The position numbers were made by a program, and so were the translations under genes. Under the pieces are notes generated by a model. It had not been told where the DNA came from. It was given only the letters and a program-made list of their open reading frames with translations, and searched no databases. Source: an uncultured Gemmatimonadales bacterium (GTDB lineage: Bacteria; Gemmatimonadota; Gemmatimonadetes; Gemmatimonadales; GWC2-71-9). Taken from it: a stretch of DNA of 64,000 bases. Shown here piece after piece: positions 18,141-26,647 of the stretch. How positions within the stretch are numbered: the first letter of the stretch is position 1; each line of letters opens with the position of its first letter. The stretch is taken from positions 1,031,939-1,095,938 of the forward strand of contig CAWBHB010000001.1 of assembly GCA_963788625.1 (NCBI GenBank). The letters are read 5' to 3'.

Positions 18141-18415
18141 GACGACACCGCCGCTCGATCTACGACGAGGTTGCGATCCTCAAGCCCGGCGAGATACTCG
18201 ATCACATCACTCAATACGTCGCTGTTATACCGCTCGCCCAGCTCACGCGCGATCTCTCCGGCGGTCCGCTCCCCGTTGCACAGCTCCAGGATCGCCTTCC
18301 CGGTGTCATTGATGAACATGGCCCCCTCCGGATAGAGCAGAACCGAACGCTGGCGTACCCGGTCGAAATCGATCCTGGCGAGGCGCCAGAGCTGAGGACG
18401 GGAATCGGGAGTCAT
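18137..18415 (-). CDS. pqqD: PQQ biosynthesis peptide chaperone PqqD
   Basis: LLYPEGAMFINDTGKAILELCNGERTAGEIARELGERY is PqqD. The start is taken at ATG 18415 (92 aa). The track start at 18457 would add 14 codons encoded by repeat E5. Confidence 0.8.
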   Translation of the reverse strand: MTPDSRPQLWRLARIDFDRVRQRSVLLYPEGAMFINDTGKAILELCNGERTAGEIARELGERYNSDVLSDVIEYLAGLEDRNLVVDRAAVSS

Positions 18416-18419
18416 CTGC

Positions 18420-18534
18420 CTATAGTCGATGGTCGGCGGTCGATGGTCAGAGGTCATTGCCGGTCAATCTAGGGCCTTTCGCCGGAACCTTCCCGAAAGG
18501 ACCGCTGACTATCGACCATTGACTATCGACTATC
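18420..18534. repeat. Heptad-repeat hairpin E5 inside the pqq operon: ATAGTCG ATGGTCG GCGGTCG ATGGTCA GAGGTCA / nested hairpin / TGACTAT CGACCAT TGACTAT CGACTAT
   Basis: Read directly. The arms are 18420-18456 and 18506-18534. The inner stem-loop at about 18472-18503 is gggcctttcg...cgaaaggacc. The pqqC stop TAG 18530-18532 lies in the right arm. Confidence 0.85.
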
Positions 18535-19288
18535 TCCCGTCCTCCCGGTACGCGTTATGAATCGTATCGATCATTGCCCACAGCATCTCCAGCTTGAAGG
18601 CCAGAGCCTCGAAGGCTTGCCGCTGCGTTTCCACGGTTCTGCAGTGCTGCTGCACGATCGAGAGCCCATGCTTCACATCTCGTGGTGCCTGGACCAGTCG
18701 GCTCTTGAAATACTCGAGCGCCTCGGGCGGGATCCATGGATAGTGGATCGGGAAGGCTTCGATCCGCTGATTGTGGATCTTGGGGGCAAAGAGTTCGGTG
18801 AGAGACGAGGCAACCGCCTGGACCCAGGGCTTCGATTTGCAGAACCAGACGTAAGATTCGCATATCAGGCGGACGGCGGGGAGTACGTGACGCTCGTCCT
18901 CCATCTCCTCCCGGGGAACGCCGAGTGCCACCCCGAGCTTGATCCACAACTCGATCCCGCCCTCTCCCTGCCTGGTTCCGTCATGATCGATGATGCGCTG
19001 GATCCACTCCCGGCGGACTTCGGGGTCCGGACAATTGGATAGAATCGCCGCATCCTTGCGGGGGACGACGCGCTGGTACGCGAGGCGATTGGCTGCCCAG
19101 CCCTGGAACTGACGCGGAGTGAGCTTCCCTTGATACATGAGCTTGTGAAACGGGTGCTCGACGTAATAGGAGCCGTGGAAACCGCGTAGCGCCTCTTCCA
19201 GCTCTCCCGGACTGAGCGGCCGAGTGAGTTCCGGAATGGCGGGCCGCGGCACCGTCGTCAGCCTGGATTCGTTGAACACCGTGGTCAT
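18530..19288 (-). CDS. pqqC: Pyrroloquinoline-quinone synthase PqqC
   Basis: 252 aa starting MTTVFNESRL..., with YYVEHPFHKLMYQGKLTPRQFQGWAANR typical of PqqC. ATG 19288 overlaps the pqqB TGA (ATGA). The track fuses it in frame to the pqqB 5' part. Confidence 0.93.
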   Translation of the reverse strand: MTTVFNESRLTTVPRPAIPELTRPLSPGELEEALRGFHGSYYVEHPFHKLMYQGKLTPRQFQGWAANRLAYQRVVPRKDAAILSNCPDPEVRREWIQRIIDHDGTRQGEGGIELWIKLGVALGVPREEMEDERHVLPAVRLICESYVWFCKSKPWVQAVASSLTELFAPKIHNQRIEAFPIHYPWIPPEALEYFKSRLVQAPRDVKHGLSIVQQHCRTVETQRQAFEALAFKLEMLWAMIDTIHNAYREDGR

Positions 19289-20194
19289 AGAGAGAATCTC
19301 ATCCCGTCGTCTCCCACCAGAATGCCCGCGGCCTCGACGGCCCGCCGCTCGGGCGAATCCTCCAGCAACATGGGATTCGAGTTGTTGATATGAGTGTATA
19401 CCCGGTTTCGGCAGGGCAGGTCGCGAAGTCGGGCCAGACTCCCCTCCGCACCGGAAACCGGCACGTGGCCCATCTGTCGCGCGGACCGATCGCTGATCCC
19501 CAACGTGAGCAGCTCGGCGTCGTCCCAAAAGGTGCCGTCGATGAAAAACGAGTCGGTTCCCCCGCAGACGATGGAGCAGCTTTTCATCGAGAGCACCACA
19601 TCCCGGGACAAAGGCAGCTCTGCCCCCAGTCCGGGAGTCGCGCAGCATGAGCCCGACGGTGTGCCCGGGTTCTTCGCGCCGGGCGAATCGAGGCGGATCT
19701 CCGGCGACGCCGAAGGCCGTCACTTCGAGGCCGCTTGAGGTGCCGTCCCGGTAGAGCAATGGCGCCACGGTCTCAAGGGACAGGCGAGTGACTGCGACCT
19801 CCGAAAAGGCCTCCGTCACCGGCAGCAGCCGGGAATCCTCGCGCAGAACTCCCAGGACCGCGTCGGTGGCGTAGAGCTGGAGCTGCCGTGCCTCGCGCAA
19901 CAGGGCGAGGCCCAGGGTATGATCGAGTTCCGCATCGGTTACCACCACGCCCTCGACCGGCACGTGTCGAACCCCGGCTGGAGCCTGACCATTGAGCAGT
20001 CCCAGCTGGAGCCGGACATCCGGTGAAGCATTGAGCAGGAACCATCGCTTGCCGTCCGCCGAGACCGCGGCGGAGGACTGAGTGCGGGGGTGGGCCCGAA
20101 CCGGATCGGTACGGGCAACGCGGCAGGGTGGGCACCAGCAGTTCCACTGAGGGAACCCGCCGCCCGCGGCGGTGCCTAGAAGAATCAGGTCCAT
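19285..20194 (-). pseudogene. pqqB: PqqB, disrupted by a +1 frameshift in a C5/G5 run (19559-19563) in this assembly
   Basis: The N-terminal part MDLILLGTAAGGGFPQWNCWCPPC... is in the frame of track ORF 18530..20203. The C-terminal part TDSFFIDGTFWDDAELL...HINNSNPMLLEDSPERRAVEAAG... is in track ORF 19285..19611. Deleting one G from ctgcgggggaacc joins ...HRLRG to TDSFF..., giving 302 aa. Confidence 0.9.
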
Positions 20195-20228
20195 ACAAAA
20201 CAAACGGGGCCCGCTTTCGCGAGCCCCG
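20195..20228 (-). terminator. Intrinsic terminator/attenuator between pqqA and pqqB
   Basis: On the minus strand: ggggctcg cgaaag cgggcccc (8-bp stem including one G-U), followed by gtttgttttgt immediately before the pqqB ATG. Confidence 0.6.
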
Positions 20229-20245
20229 TCCGGTGCATCGCGAGT

Positions 20246-20320
20246 TTAAAGCGTCGCGACGTACGCGGTGACTTCCATGGTGACCGCAACCACTTCAGCT
20301 TCGGGCTTGGTCCAAGACAT
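20246..20320 (-). CDS. pqqA: PQQ precursor peptide PqqA (24 aa, not in the ORF track)
   Basis: The minus strand reads ATG TCT TGG ACC AAG CCC GAA GCT GAA GTG GTT GCG GTC ACC ATG GAA GTC ACC GCG TAC GTC GCG ACG CTT TAA, which is MSWTKPEAEVVAVTMEVTAYVATL. It has the conserved E-x3-Y (EVTAY), a GGAGGG RBS 8 nt upstream, and sits directly 5' of pqqB. Confidence 0.85.
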   Translation of the reverse strand: MSWTKPEAEVVAVTMEVTAYVATL

Positions 20321-20380
20321 CGAGGTACCCTCCAAGAGAAAACGTCTGATCTGCAGCGCAGCAGTATCGACTTGGGGTAA

Positions 20381-20396
20381 AGCAGGCGGCGTGCCG
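20381..20396 (-). promoter_or_regulatory. Candidate sigma-54 (-24/-12) promoter upstream of pqqA
   Basis: The minus strand reads CGGCACGCCGCCTGCT, against the consensus TGGCACG-N4-TTGCW. The invariant GG and GC have exact consensus spacing. It lies about 60 nt upstream of the pqqA ATG. Confidence 0.5.
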
Positions 20397-20483
20397 GAAT
20401 CGGTTGGTCCGCTAACAATTCATAAGTCATTCTACTACAATCTCTTATAGAATAGGCCCCCACCACCGAATTGGGGCGCAACT

Positions 20484-20516
20484 GGGTGATATGACCCAGT
20501 TTGGGTGAGATCACCC
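20484..20516. promoter_or_regulatory. Two tandem 14-bp dyad sites (possible enhancer-binding-protein UAS, or terminator hairpins of the activator gene)
   Basis: GGGTGA-TA-TGACCC (20484-20497) and GGGTGA-GA-TCACCC (20503-20516), with centres 19 bp apart, about 95-115 bp upstream of the -24 element. An AT-rich stretch (20405-20455) lies between them and the promoter. Confidence 0.35.
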
Positions 20517-20517
20517 A

Positions 20518-21924
20518 CTATCCTAACCCATACTTCTTGATCCGATAACGCAGGGTATCCCGCGAGATTCCCAGCCGCTGAGCCGCCCGAGTCTGGTTCC
20601 CACCCTCCTCCTTGAGGGCCTGTTCGAGGAGCTGACGCTCCCACTGTTCGAGGCTGGCGGGCTCGGCGGGGGAGCCTGTCCTGAGCGGAGCGAAGGAGCG
20701 GCTCGGCGGCTGGACAGAGGCCGCCGGCGGTTCGTAGGCCTGTTCCGAAGGTCGAGTAAGGGCGAGATGCTCCACTGAGAGATCCCCTCCTCGACTCCAT
20801 AGCACGGCCCGCTCGATGACGTGACTCAACTCGCGCACGTTCCCGGGCCAGGGATACACCATCAATTGCTCCCGCGCGAGCCGGTCGATCCCCCGGACCT
20901 CTCGCCCGTACTTGGCCGCGAACTCCCGCACGTAGTGCTCGGCCAGCAGCAGCACGTCATTGCCCCGTTCGCGGAGGGGCGGCAGACGAATCAGAATGAC
21001 GGCGAGTCGGAAATAGAGATCCTTGCGGAACCGCTCTCCGCCGGCATCGCGCTCCAGGTCCCGGTTGGTCGCGGCGAGGATTCGCACGTCGATCTTCCGA
21101 TCCCGGATGCCTCCGACCCGGCGCACCACTCGTTCTTCGATGGCACGGAGCAGCTTGCCCTGCAGCGCCAGCTCCACGTCGCCGATTTCGTCGAGGAAGA
21201 GGAAGCCGCCCTCGGCCGCCTCGAACAGGCCGATCTTGGACTCCTTGGCGTCGGTGAATGCGCCGCGCTCGTATCCAAAGAGCTCGGCTTCCATGAGCGT
21301 CGCGGGCAGCGCGGTGCAATTGACGTCAATGAAGGGACGGGTGGCCCGGCTGCCCGAGGCATGAATCGTCCTGGCCACGAGCCCTTTGCCGGTTCCGGTT
21401 TCCCCCGTGATCAGGACGGGTGGGGTTTCGTCCAACGCCGCTATCTGCCGTACCTGCTCGAGTACCCCGCGCACGACCGGTGACTCACCCAATACGTTTG
21501 CGAAGGCGACACCCCGAGCGGCTCGACGCCGCAGGTACGAGAGCTCCTGCTTCATGAGCGAGGTCTCGCGGGCGCGCTCGGCGAGGAGTTTCAGCTCTTC
21601 CAGATCCAGCGGCTTCTTGACGTAGTCGAAGGCGCCCAGCTTTACCGCTTCGACTGCTCCCTCGATCGAGCCGAAGGCGGTCATGATCACCACGGGGATG
21701 GCTGGGTCGAATTCCTTGATCCGCTTGAGCAGCTCGATGCCGTTCATGCCGGGGAGCCGGACGTCGCTGAAGACCACGTCGGGATGAAGGGTCGGCAGGA
21801 GCTGCAGCGCCTGCTCTGCGTTTCCGGCGACCTCGCTCTCGTAGCCGTGCTCGGCGAGGAACGCCTTCATCGCGCGCGCGAGGGTGCGCTCGTCGTCCAC
21901 GATCAGGATGGTGGATCCGTTCAT
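20518..21924 (-). CDS. Sigma-54-dependent response regulator (NtrC family enhancer-binding protein)
   Basis: The start is taken at MNGSTILIVDDERT (ATG 21924, ATGA overlap with the kinase stop). It has a receiver domain, an AAA+ domain with GETGTGKG and GAFTDA (GAFTGA-type loop), and a C-terminal Fis-type HTH (RAAQRLGISRDTLRYRIKKYG). Confidence 0.9.
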   Translation of the reverse strand: MNGSTILIVDDERTLARAMKAFLAEHGYESEVAGNAEQALQLLPTLHPDVVFSDVRLPGMNGIELLKRIKEFDPAIPVVIMTAFGSIEGAVEAVKLGAFDYVKKPLDLEELKLLAERARETSLMKQELSYLRRRAARGVAFANVLGESPVVRGVLEQVRQIAALDETPPVLITGETGTGKGLVARTIHASGSRATRPFIDVNCTALPATLMEAELFGYERGAFTDAKESKIGLFEAAEGGFLFLDEIGDVELALQGKLLRAIEERVVRRVGGIRDRKIDVRILAATNRDLERDAGGERFRKDLYFRLAVILIRLPPLRERGNDVLLLAEHYVREFAAKYGREVRGIDRLAREQLMVYPWPGNVRELSHVIERAVLWSRGGDLSVEHLALTRPSEQAYEPPAASVQPPSRSFAPLRTGSPAEPASLEQWERQLLEQALKEEGGNQTRAAQRLGISRDTLRYRIKKYGLG

Positions 21925-23384
21925 TGGGGCAGCCAGATCGTCACGGTGGTTCCCTCTCCTACTCGGCTGGTCAGATCGAGGCGTCCGCCATGCTGCTCCA
22001 CGAATCGCCGCGCGGTGGCGAGGCCGAGGCCGGTTCCCTCCGGTCTCGTGGTGAAGAACGGTTCGCAAACCGAGGGGAGCACCTGCTCGGGAATGCCCGA
22101 ACCGGTATCGCTCACCGTCACGGCAAGCCCGGCAGTCTCGCCTGACTGCTCCATTCGCCCCGCGATAGCCAGTCGTCCGCCCGAGGGCATTGCATCGAGC
22201 GCATTGGAGACGATTTCCACCAGCACCTGCTCCAGCTTCATCGGATCCACCCGGACCTCGGGAAGCGTAGCTGGGAGGTCCTGCTCCAGCGTCACGCCCT
22301 GCGCGCGCAGCCGCTCGACGAACGCGGGGAGGATGCCTTGAACCAGCTCCGGAACCCGCTCCGGCATCGGATGAAACGGCGCGGGACGGGAAAAGGCCAG
22401 CAGGTGACTGATCCGCCGGTCCAGGCGGTCCACCTCCTGGATGATAGCCGAGAGCTGTTCGCGGGCTGCGGGAGACTCGGGGTGCCGCAGTGCCAGCTGT
22501 GCCGAGGCGCGCAGGCTCGCGAGCGGATTGCGGAGGCCGTGAGCTACTGCGGCCGCCATCTCTCCCAACGAGGCCAGCTTTTCGGACTGGATCAGCGCTC
22601 CGTTGAGCCGCACCATCTCCGCCCGCGACTTCCGCAGATTCTCCGTCATACCTGCGAACGATCGGGCCAGATCTCCGATCTCGTCGCTGGCTTGAGTTCG
22701 AATCGGGTGGTCGAGGTCACCGCCACCTACTACCGTCATTGCGTTGCCCAACTGCGTTATCGGACGGACGAGGCTCCGTGCGATGAGCCACGAGATGAGG
22801 AGGCCGGCAGCGAGAGCAAGTCCCATAATGACCAGAAGGATCCGTCGTTCGTTGTCGACGATCTCCTCCACCCGTGCGAACGCGGTCTGCACACTGAACT
22901 CTCGAGCTCGGCGGTAGATCTCCCGGTTGAGCGTGGTCAACGCCGGTTGCAACCGTCCCTTCAGCTCGCGCTGCGCAGTCTGGTAGGCCAAGGCGTGGTG
23001 GCCGGCGTCGTAGAGGCGGAAGACGCTGTCTCCCACCGCCTGGATCTGGCGCTGAATTTCCTGGACGCTCTTCGCGAGCTCCATCTCGTCCGGCTTGAGT
23101 TCGCCCTGCCACCGGTCATACCAGTAGTCCACCACTTCTCCCGCCAGGCGGAACTCGTTGCGGGCCGAGCTGTCCATTCCGGTGAGGTAGCGCCAGACCG
23201 ATTCGGTCTGGTTGAACATTGCGGTTTCGAGCTCGGCGTAGGTCCGGGTGCGCCCCAGTCCGGCGCCGAGCGCTTCAAGGGCGCGCCGCTCCTCGATATT
23301 ACTGCGGATCGCCTCCAGGCCGATGAGCAGCACTGGAAGGACCATGAGCGAAGTACCGAGGAGCAGCTTGCGCTGAAAGGTCAC
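21921..23384 (-). CDS. HAMP-domain sensor histidine kinase
   Basis: 487 aa with two TM segments flanking a periplasmic region, HAMP, the H-box MAAAVAHGLRNPL and an HATPase region (DTGSGI...GTGLGLA). Confidence 0.85.
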   Translation of the reverse strand: MTFQRKLLLGTSLMVLPVLLIGLEAIRSNIEERRALEALGAGLGRTRTYAELETAMFNQTESVWRYLTGMDSSARNEFRLAGEVVDYWYDRWQGELKPDEMELAKSVQEIQRQIQAVGDSVFRLYDAGHHALAYQTAQRELKGRLQPALTTLNREIYRRAREFSVQTAFARVEEIVDNERRILLVIMGLALAAGLLISWLIARSLVRPITQLGNAMTVVGGGDLDHPIRTQASDEIGDLARSFAGMTENLRKSRAEMVRLNGALIQSEKLASLGEMAAAVAHGLRNPLASLRASAQLALRHPESPAAREQLSAIIQEVDRLDRRISHLLAFSRPAPFHPMPERVPELVQGILPAFVERLRAQGVTLEQDLPATLPEVRVDPMKLEQVLVEIVSNALDAMPSGGRLAIAGRMEQSGETAGLAVTVSDTGSGIPEQVLPSVCEPFFTTRPEGTGLGLATARRFVEQHGGRLDLTSRVGEGTTVTIWLPQ

Positions 23385-23444
23385 AGTGGCAGGGTCACGG
23401 TTGGGGCCGCCAAGCTATCGGGCGCGGCCGAGACTGGCAAGCAG

Positions 23445-24887
23445 TCACGACATTCGCACCGCCTCGGAAGAGAGGCCCTCGAGCAGGCGGTGGAGGTGCT
23501 CAGGCCGCGTCCGCGGATTCATGATCGTCACCCGAAGAACCCGGCGCCCGTTGAGCACGGTCGTCGTTATCCATCCGGTTCCCGACCGATTGAAGCGCTC
23601 GCGGAGCTCCTTGTTGAGGCGATCAAGAGCCTCATCATCGGATCGACCGTCTCCCACGAAGCGGAAACAGAGGATGTTGCACTCGGGAGAGTGCAGGGTC
23701 TCGAATGAGGGATGTCGTTCAATGAGGCCGTGCAGTTCGCTGGTCAGGTCACACAGGCGATCATACAACTCACCAATGCCGTCTGCTCCATAGCGCTGCA
23801 GGGCAACCCACGCCTTCAGGGCATCGGTACGGCGCGAGCACGCGAAGCTCCGCACGCCCTGATCCGCTACGGGTTGGTTCTCCGCCCCATGGAACAGATA
23901 CGGCGCCCGCTGCAAGAAAGCCTGATCGATATCGCGCTCGTCCCGAACCACCAGCATTCCCGCCGCGAGTGGCAACAGCATCATCTTGTGAGGATCCCAG
24001 GCGATGGAACGGGCCCGCTGCACGCCATGCATCCGATGGCGATGCCGGCTCGAGAGTAGCGCGGAAGCGCCATGCGCCCCGTCGACGTGCAGCCATAAGC
24101 CGCGGGCTTCACAAGTTCGACCGATCGTCTCCAGGTCGTCGAACGCCCCGGTGGGGGTAGAGCCTGCGGTGGCCACGACCGCCATGACTTGGCGGCCCTT
24201 CCGCCCCAGGTCGTCGAGTACGGCTGTCAAGGGCCCCCGGGTCCATGCGAAAGTCACGGCTGGGGACTACGACACCGGCACGGAGTCCGATCCCCAAGCT
24301 CACCGATGGCCCGAGTCACGGCGTAGTGGGCGTTTTCCCCATACACCACGGCGGGTGCGGCATTGCCGATCCCGTTTTCCCACGCATCCGGCAGCGCCTT
24401 CGCCCGGGCCGCGAGGAGTGCCGTGAAAGTCGCTTCGGTGCCGCCCGAGGTGAATGTCCCTCCTGCTTCTGCGCCGTAGCCGGCCAGCTCGGCCATCCAG
24501 CGGATCAACTGACGCTCGATCGCGGTGATGGCCGGTGACATCTCGGCCACCGCGAGCGAATTGTTGATCGCTCCGATCAGGGATTCGGTCCAGATCGCCG
24601 CTGGAAGCGGCGCCGAAACCTGGTGGCCGAGGTACATCGGGTGGGTGAGTCGGTTGCAGTGGGGAAGGACATCGCGTTCCAGGTGCGCAACCACTTCCGC
24701 GAGTGGACGTCCGCCTCGGGGCATGGGGACCGCGAAACGTTGAGCCAGCTCACCGGGGGTGAGTCGCGGTGGAGACGGGCCCTTCCCCCTGACGAGTGGC
24801 TTCCAGGTATCGGCCGACCAGCTCCAGCAGCAAGGCACCGGCTGCTGGCGTCGCGTCGGATTCGAAGTCGTCGAGGATGTCGGGCAA
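23445..24887 (-). pseudogene. Group II PLP-dependent amino-acid decarboxylase, three frameshifts in this assembly
   Basis: The pieces lie in three frames: LPDILDDFESDATPAAGALLLELVGRYLEATRQGEGPVS / PRLTPGELAQRF...HPMYLGHQVSAP...GGTEATFTALLAAR...AHYAVTRAIGELG / IGLRAGVVVPSRDFRMDPGAL / TAVLDDLGRKGRQVMAVVATAGST...HVDGAHGASALL...AWDPHKMM. The shifts are near 24769, 24294 and 24229. The 5' end (TTG 24887) is uncertain. Confidence 0.8.
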
Positions 24888-24891
24888 GGAA

Positions 24892-25053
24892 GCGTGAACG
24901 GTGAACGGTGAACAGGGAACGGGGAACGGGAACAGACGTAAGCTAAGCTACTCCAATCGAGCATCCATTCTTGGCCATTCCCGGCTCGAGCTTACCCTTG
25001 CCGGGCCCGTTCACCGTTCACCGCTGGTTCACCGTTCACCGTTCGCCGCTGTT
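24892..25053. repeat. Heptad-repeat element E6: GTGAACG x3 GGGAACG x3 / ~70-nt core / CGTTCAC x5-6
   Basis: Read directly. The left arm is 24892-24934 and the right arm is 25005-25053, immediately 3' of the emrB-like stop (25053-25055). Confidence 0.85.
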
Positions 25054-26642
25054 TAATGTCCCACCGGTCCCCCCTGTGTCCGTCCGGTCCGGAACAACAG
25101 CAGGAGCGGCAACGCGATCACGAAGGTGACCCCCATGATCAGAAAAACCTTCTCGAACGCGATCATGCCAGCCTGGGCATCGAGGCGGAGATCCAGCAGC
25201 CGGTATGCTCTCGGCCTGGGCTTCCTGAAAGCTCCCACCCAGTTGCTGCAGCCGGGCGACCATCGATTGCATCCAGACCGCCGTCGAAGGCTCCGACAGC
25301 GTCAGGTGCGCGCGGAGCCCTTCGCGACTCTGCTCAGTGAAGCGGCTCAACAGCGTGGCGGCTACCGCGATTCCAAAACTCCCGCCCAATTGACGCGAGA
25401 GGTTGAAGAGGCCGGTCCCCTGGGCAAGTTGCTGCGGCCTCAGGTCGGCGACGGCAACCTGGGTCAGGGGGACGAAGATGAGACCGAGGCCCACGCCACG
25501 CAGGATCATGGGCAGCAGCAGATCGTGCATCCCGATGTCGAGCGTGAAGTGGTAGTGCAGCCACATCGCCCAGAAGAAGAGCCCTACGCCTGTGACGATC
25601 AGATACCGTGCGTCGATCTTTCCGGTGATCCGGCCGGTGATGGCCATGGTGATTGCGCTGGCAATGGCGCCCGGCAGGATCACCTTGCCGGTGTCCCATG
25701 CGGTGTATCCTCTGAGCGTCTGGAGGAATACCGGCAAGGCGAAGACGCTGGCATAAAGCGCAAACCCAAGGACGAGCCCGAAGACGACCCCGGCGGCGAG
25801 CTGCCGGTTACGGAGGATCCGGAGGTTCACGACGGGATGATCGGTAGTGAGCTCATGCCATACGAACCCGATCAGCGCGATCGCGGCCAGACAGGGTTTC
25901 AATCCGGATTTCGCCGGAGTCGAACCATCCCTTGGACTCGCCCCGTTCGAGCAGCACCTGCAGGCAGCCGATTCCGACGATCAGCAGCGCCAGGCCAAGC
26001 CAGTCCACGTGATCGACCCGCTCGTTGACGTGTTCCGGCTCCGGCACATACCGCCACGATCATCATCGCCGCCAGGATGCCGAGCGGGATGTTGATGTAG
26101 AAGATCCAGGGCCAGGAGTAGTTGTCGGTGATCCATCCACCGAGGGTGGGCCCGAGAGTCGGCCCCACCATCACGCCCATGCCGAAGATCGCCATGGCCT
26201 TCCCGCGTTCCTTCAACGGAAACACGTCGAACAGGATCGCCTGGGCCGTGGAGATCAGCGCGCCGCCGCCGATGCCCTGGATCACCCGGGCCGCAATGAG
26301 TTCCTCGAGCGTATGCGCGTTGCCGGCGAGGAATGACGCGAGGGTAAAGAGGATGATGGAGCCGGTGTAATAGTTCCGGCGGCCAAAGCGGTCCGACAGC
26401 CAGCTGGTCAGCGGCAGGATGATGACGTTGGCTACGATGTAGCCGGTGCTCACCCAGGCGATTTCGTCCAGCGTGGCTCCCAGGTTCCCCATCATGTGGG
26501 GAATGGCCACGTTCACGATGCTGGTATCCACCAGCTCGAGGACGCTGGCGGATACTACCGCGAAGGCAATGAGGTAACGGTGGCGGTAGACCTCTTCCCG
26601 CGAGAGGCGGGCCGGTCGAGCCGGAAGCGCCAGGGTGGCCAT
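25053..26642 (-). pseudogene. DHA2-family MFS efflux permease (EmrB-like), at least 3 frameshifts in this assembly
   Basis: N-terminal MATLALPARP...VLELVDTSIVNVAIPHM...FGRRNYY... is in track ORF 25899..27767. The middle YVPEPEHVNERVDHVDWLGLALLIVG... is in 25853..26047. The next piece CLAAIALIGFVWHEL... is in 25036..25902. The C-terminal YRLLDLRLDAQAGMIAFEKVF... is in 25053..25238. The shifts are near 26048, 25895 and 25205. Confidence 0.8.
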
Positions 26643-26647
26643 CGCTA

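Noticed and set aside
18416-18457. 14-codon N-terminal extension of PqqD (MTSDHRPPTIDYRQ).
   Set aside because: It is encoded entirely by the heptad arm of E5 and is not PqqD-like. ATG 18415 gives a family-typical 92 aa. The start remains uncertain.
19285-20194. Programmed ribosomal frameshift or a PqqB-PqqC fusion protein.
   Set aside because: There is no slippery heptamer or stimulatory structure. The same window holds at least 30 similar indels in unrelated genes. The shift sits in a G5/C5 run, so an error or simple mutation is more parsimonious.
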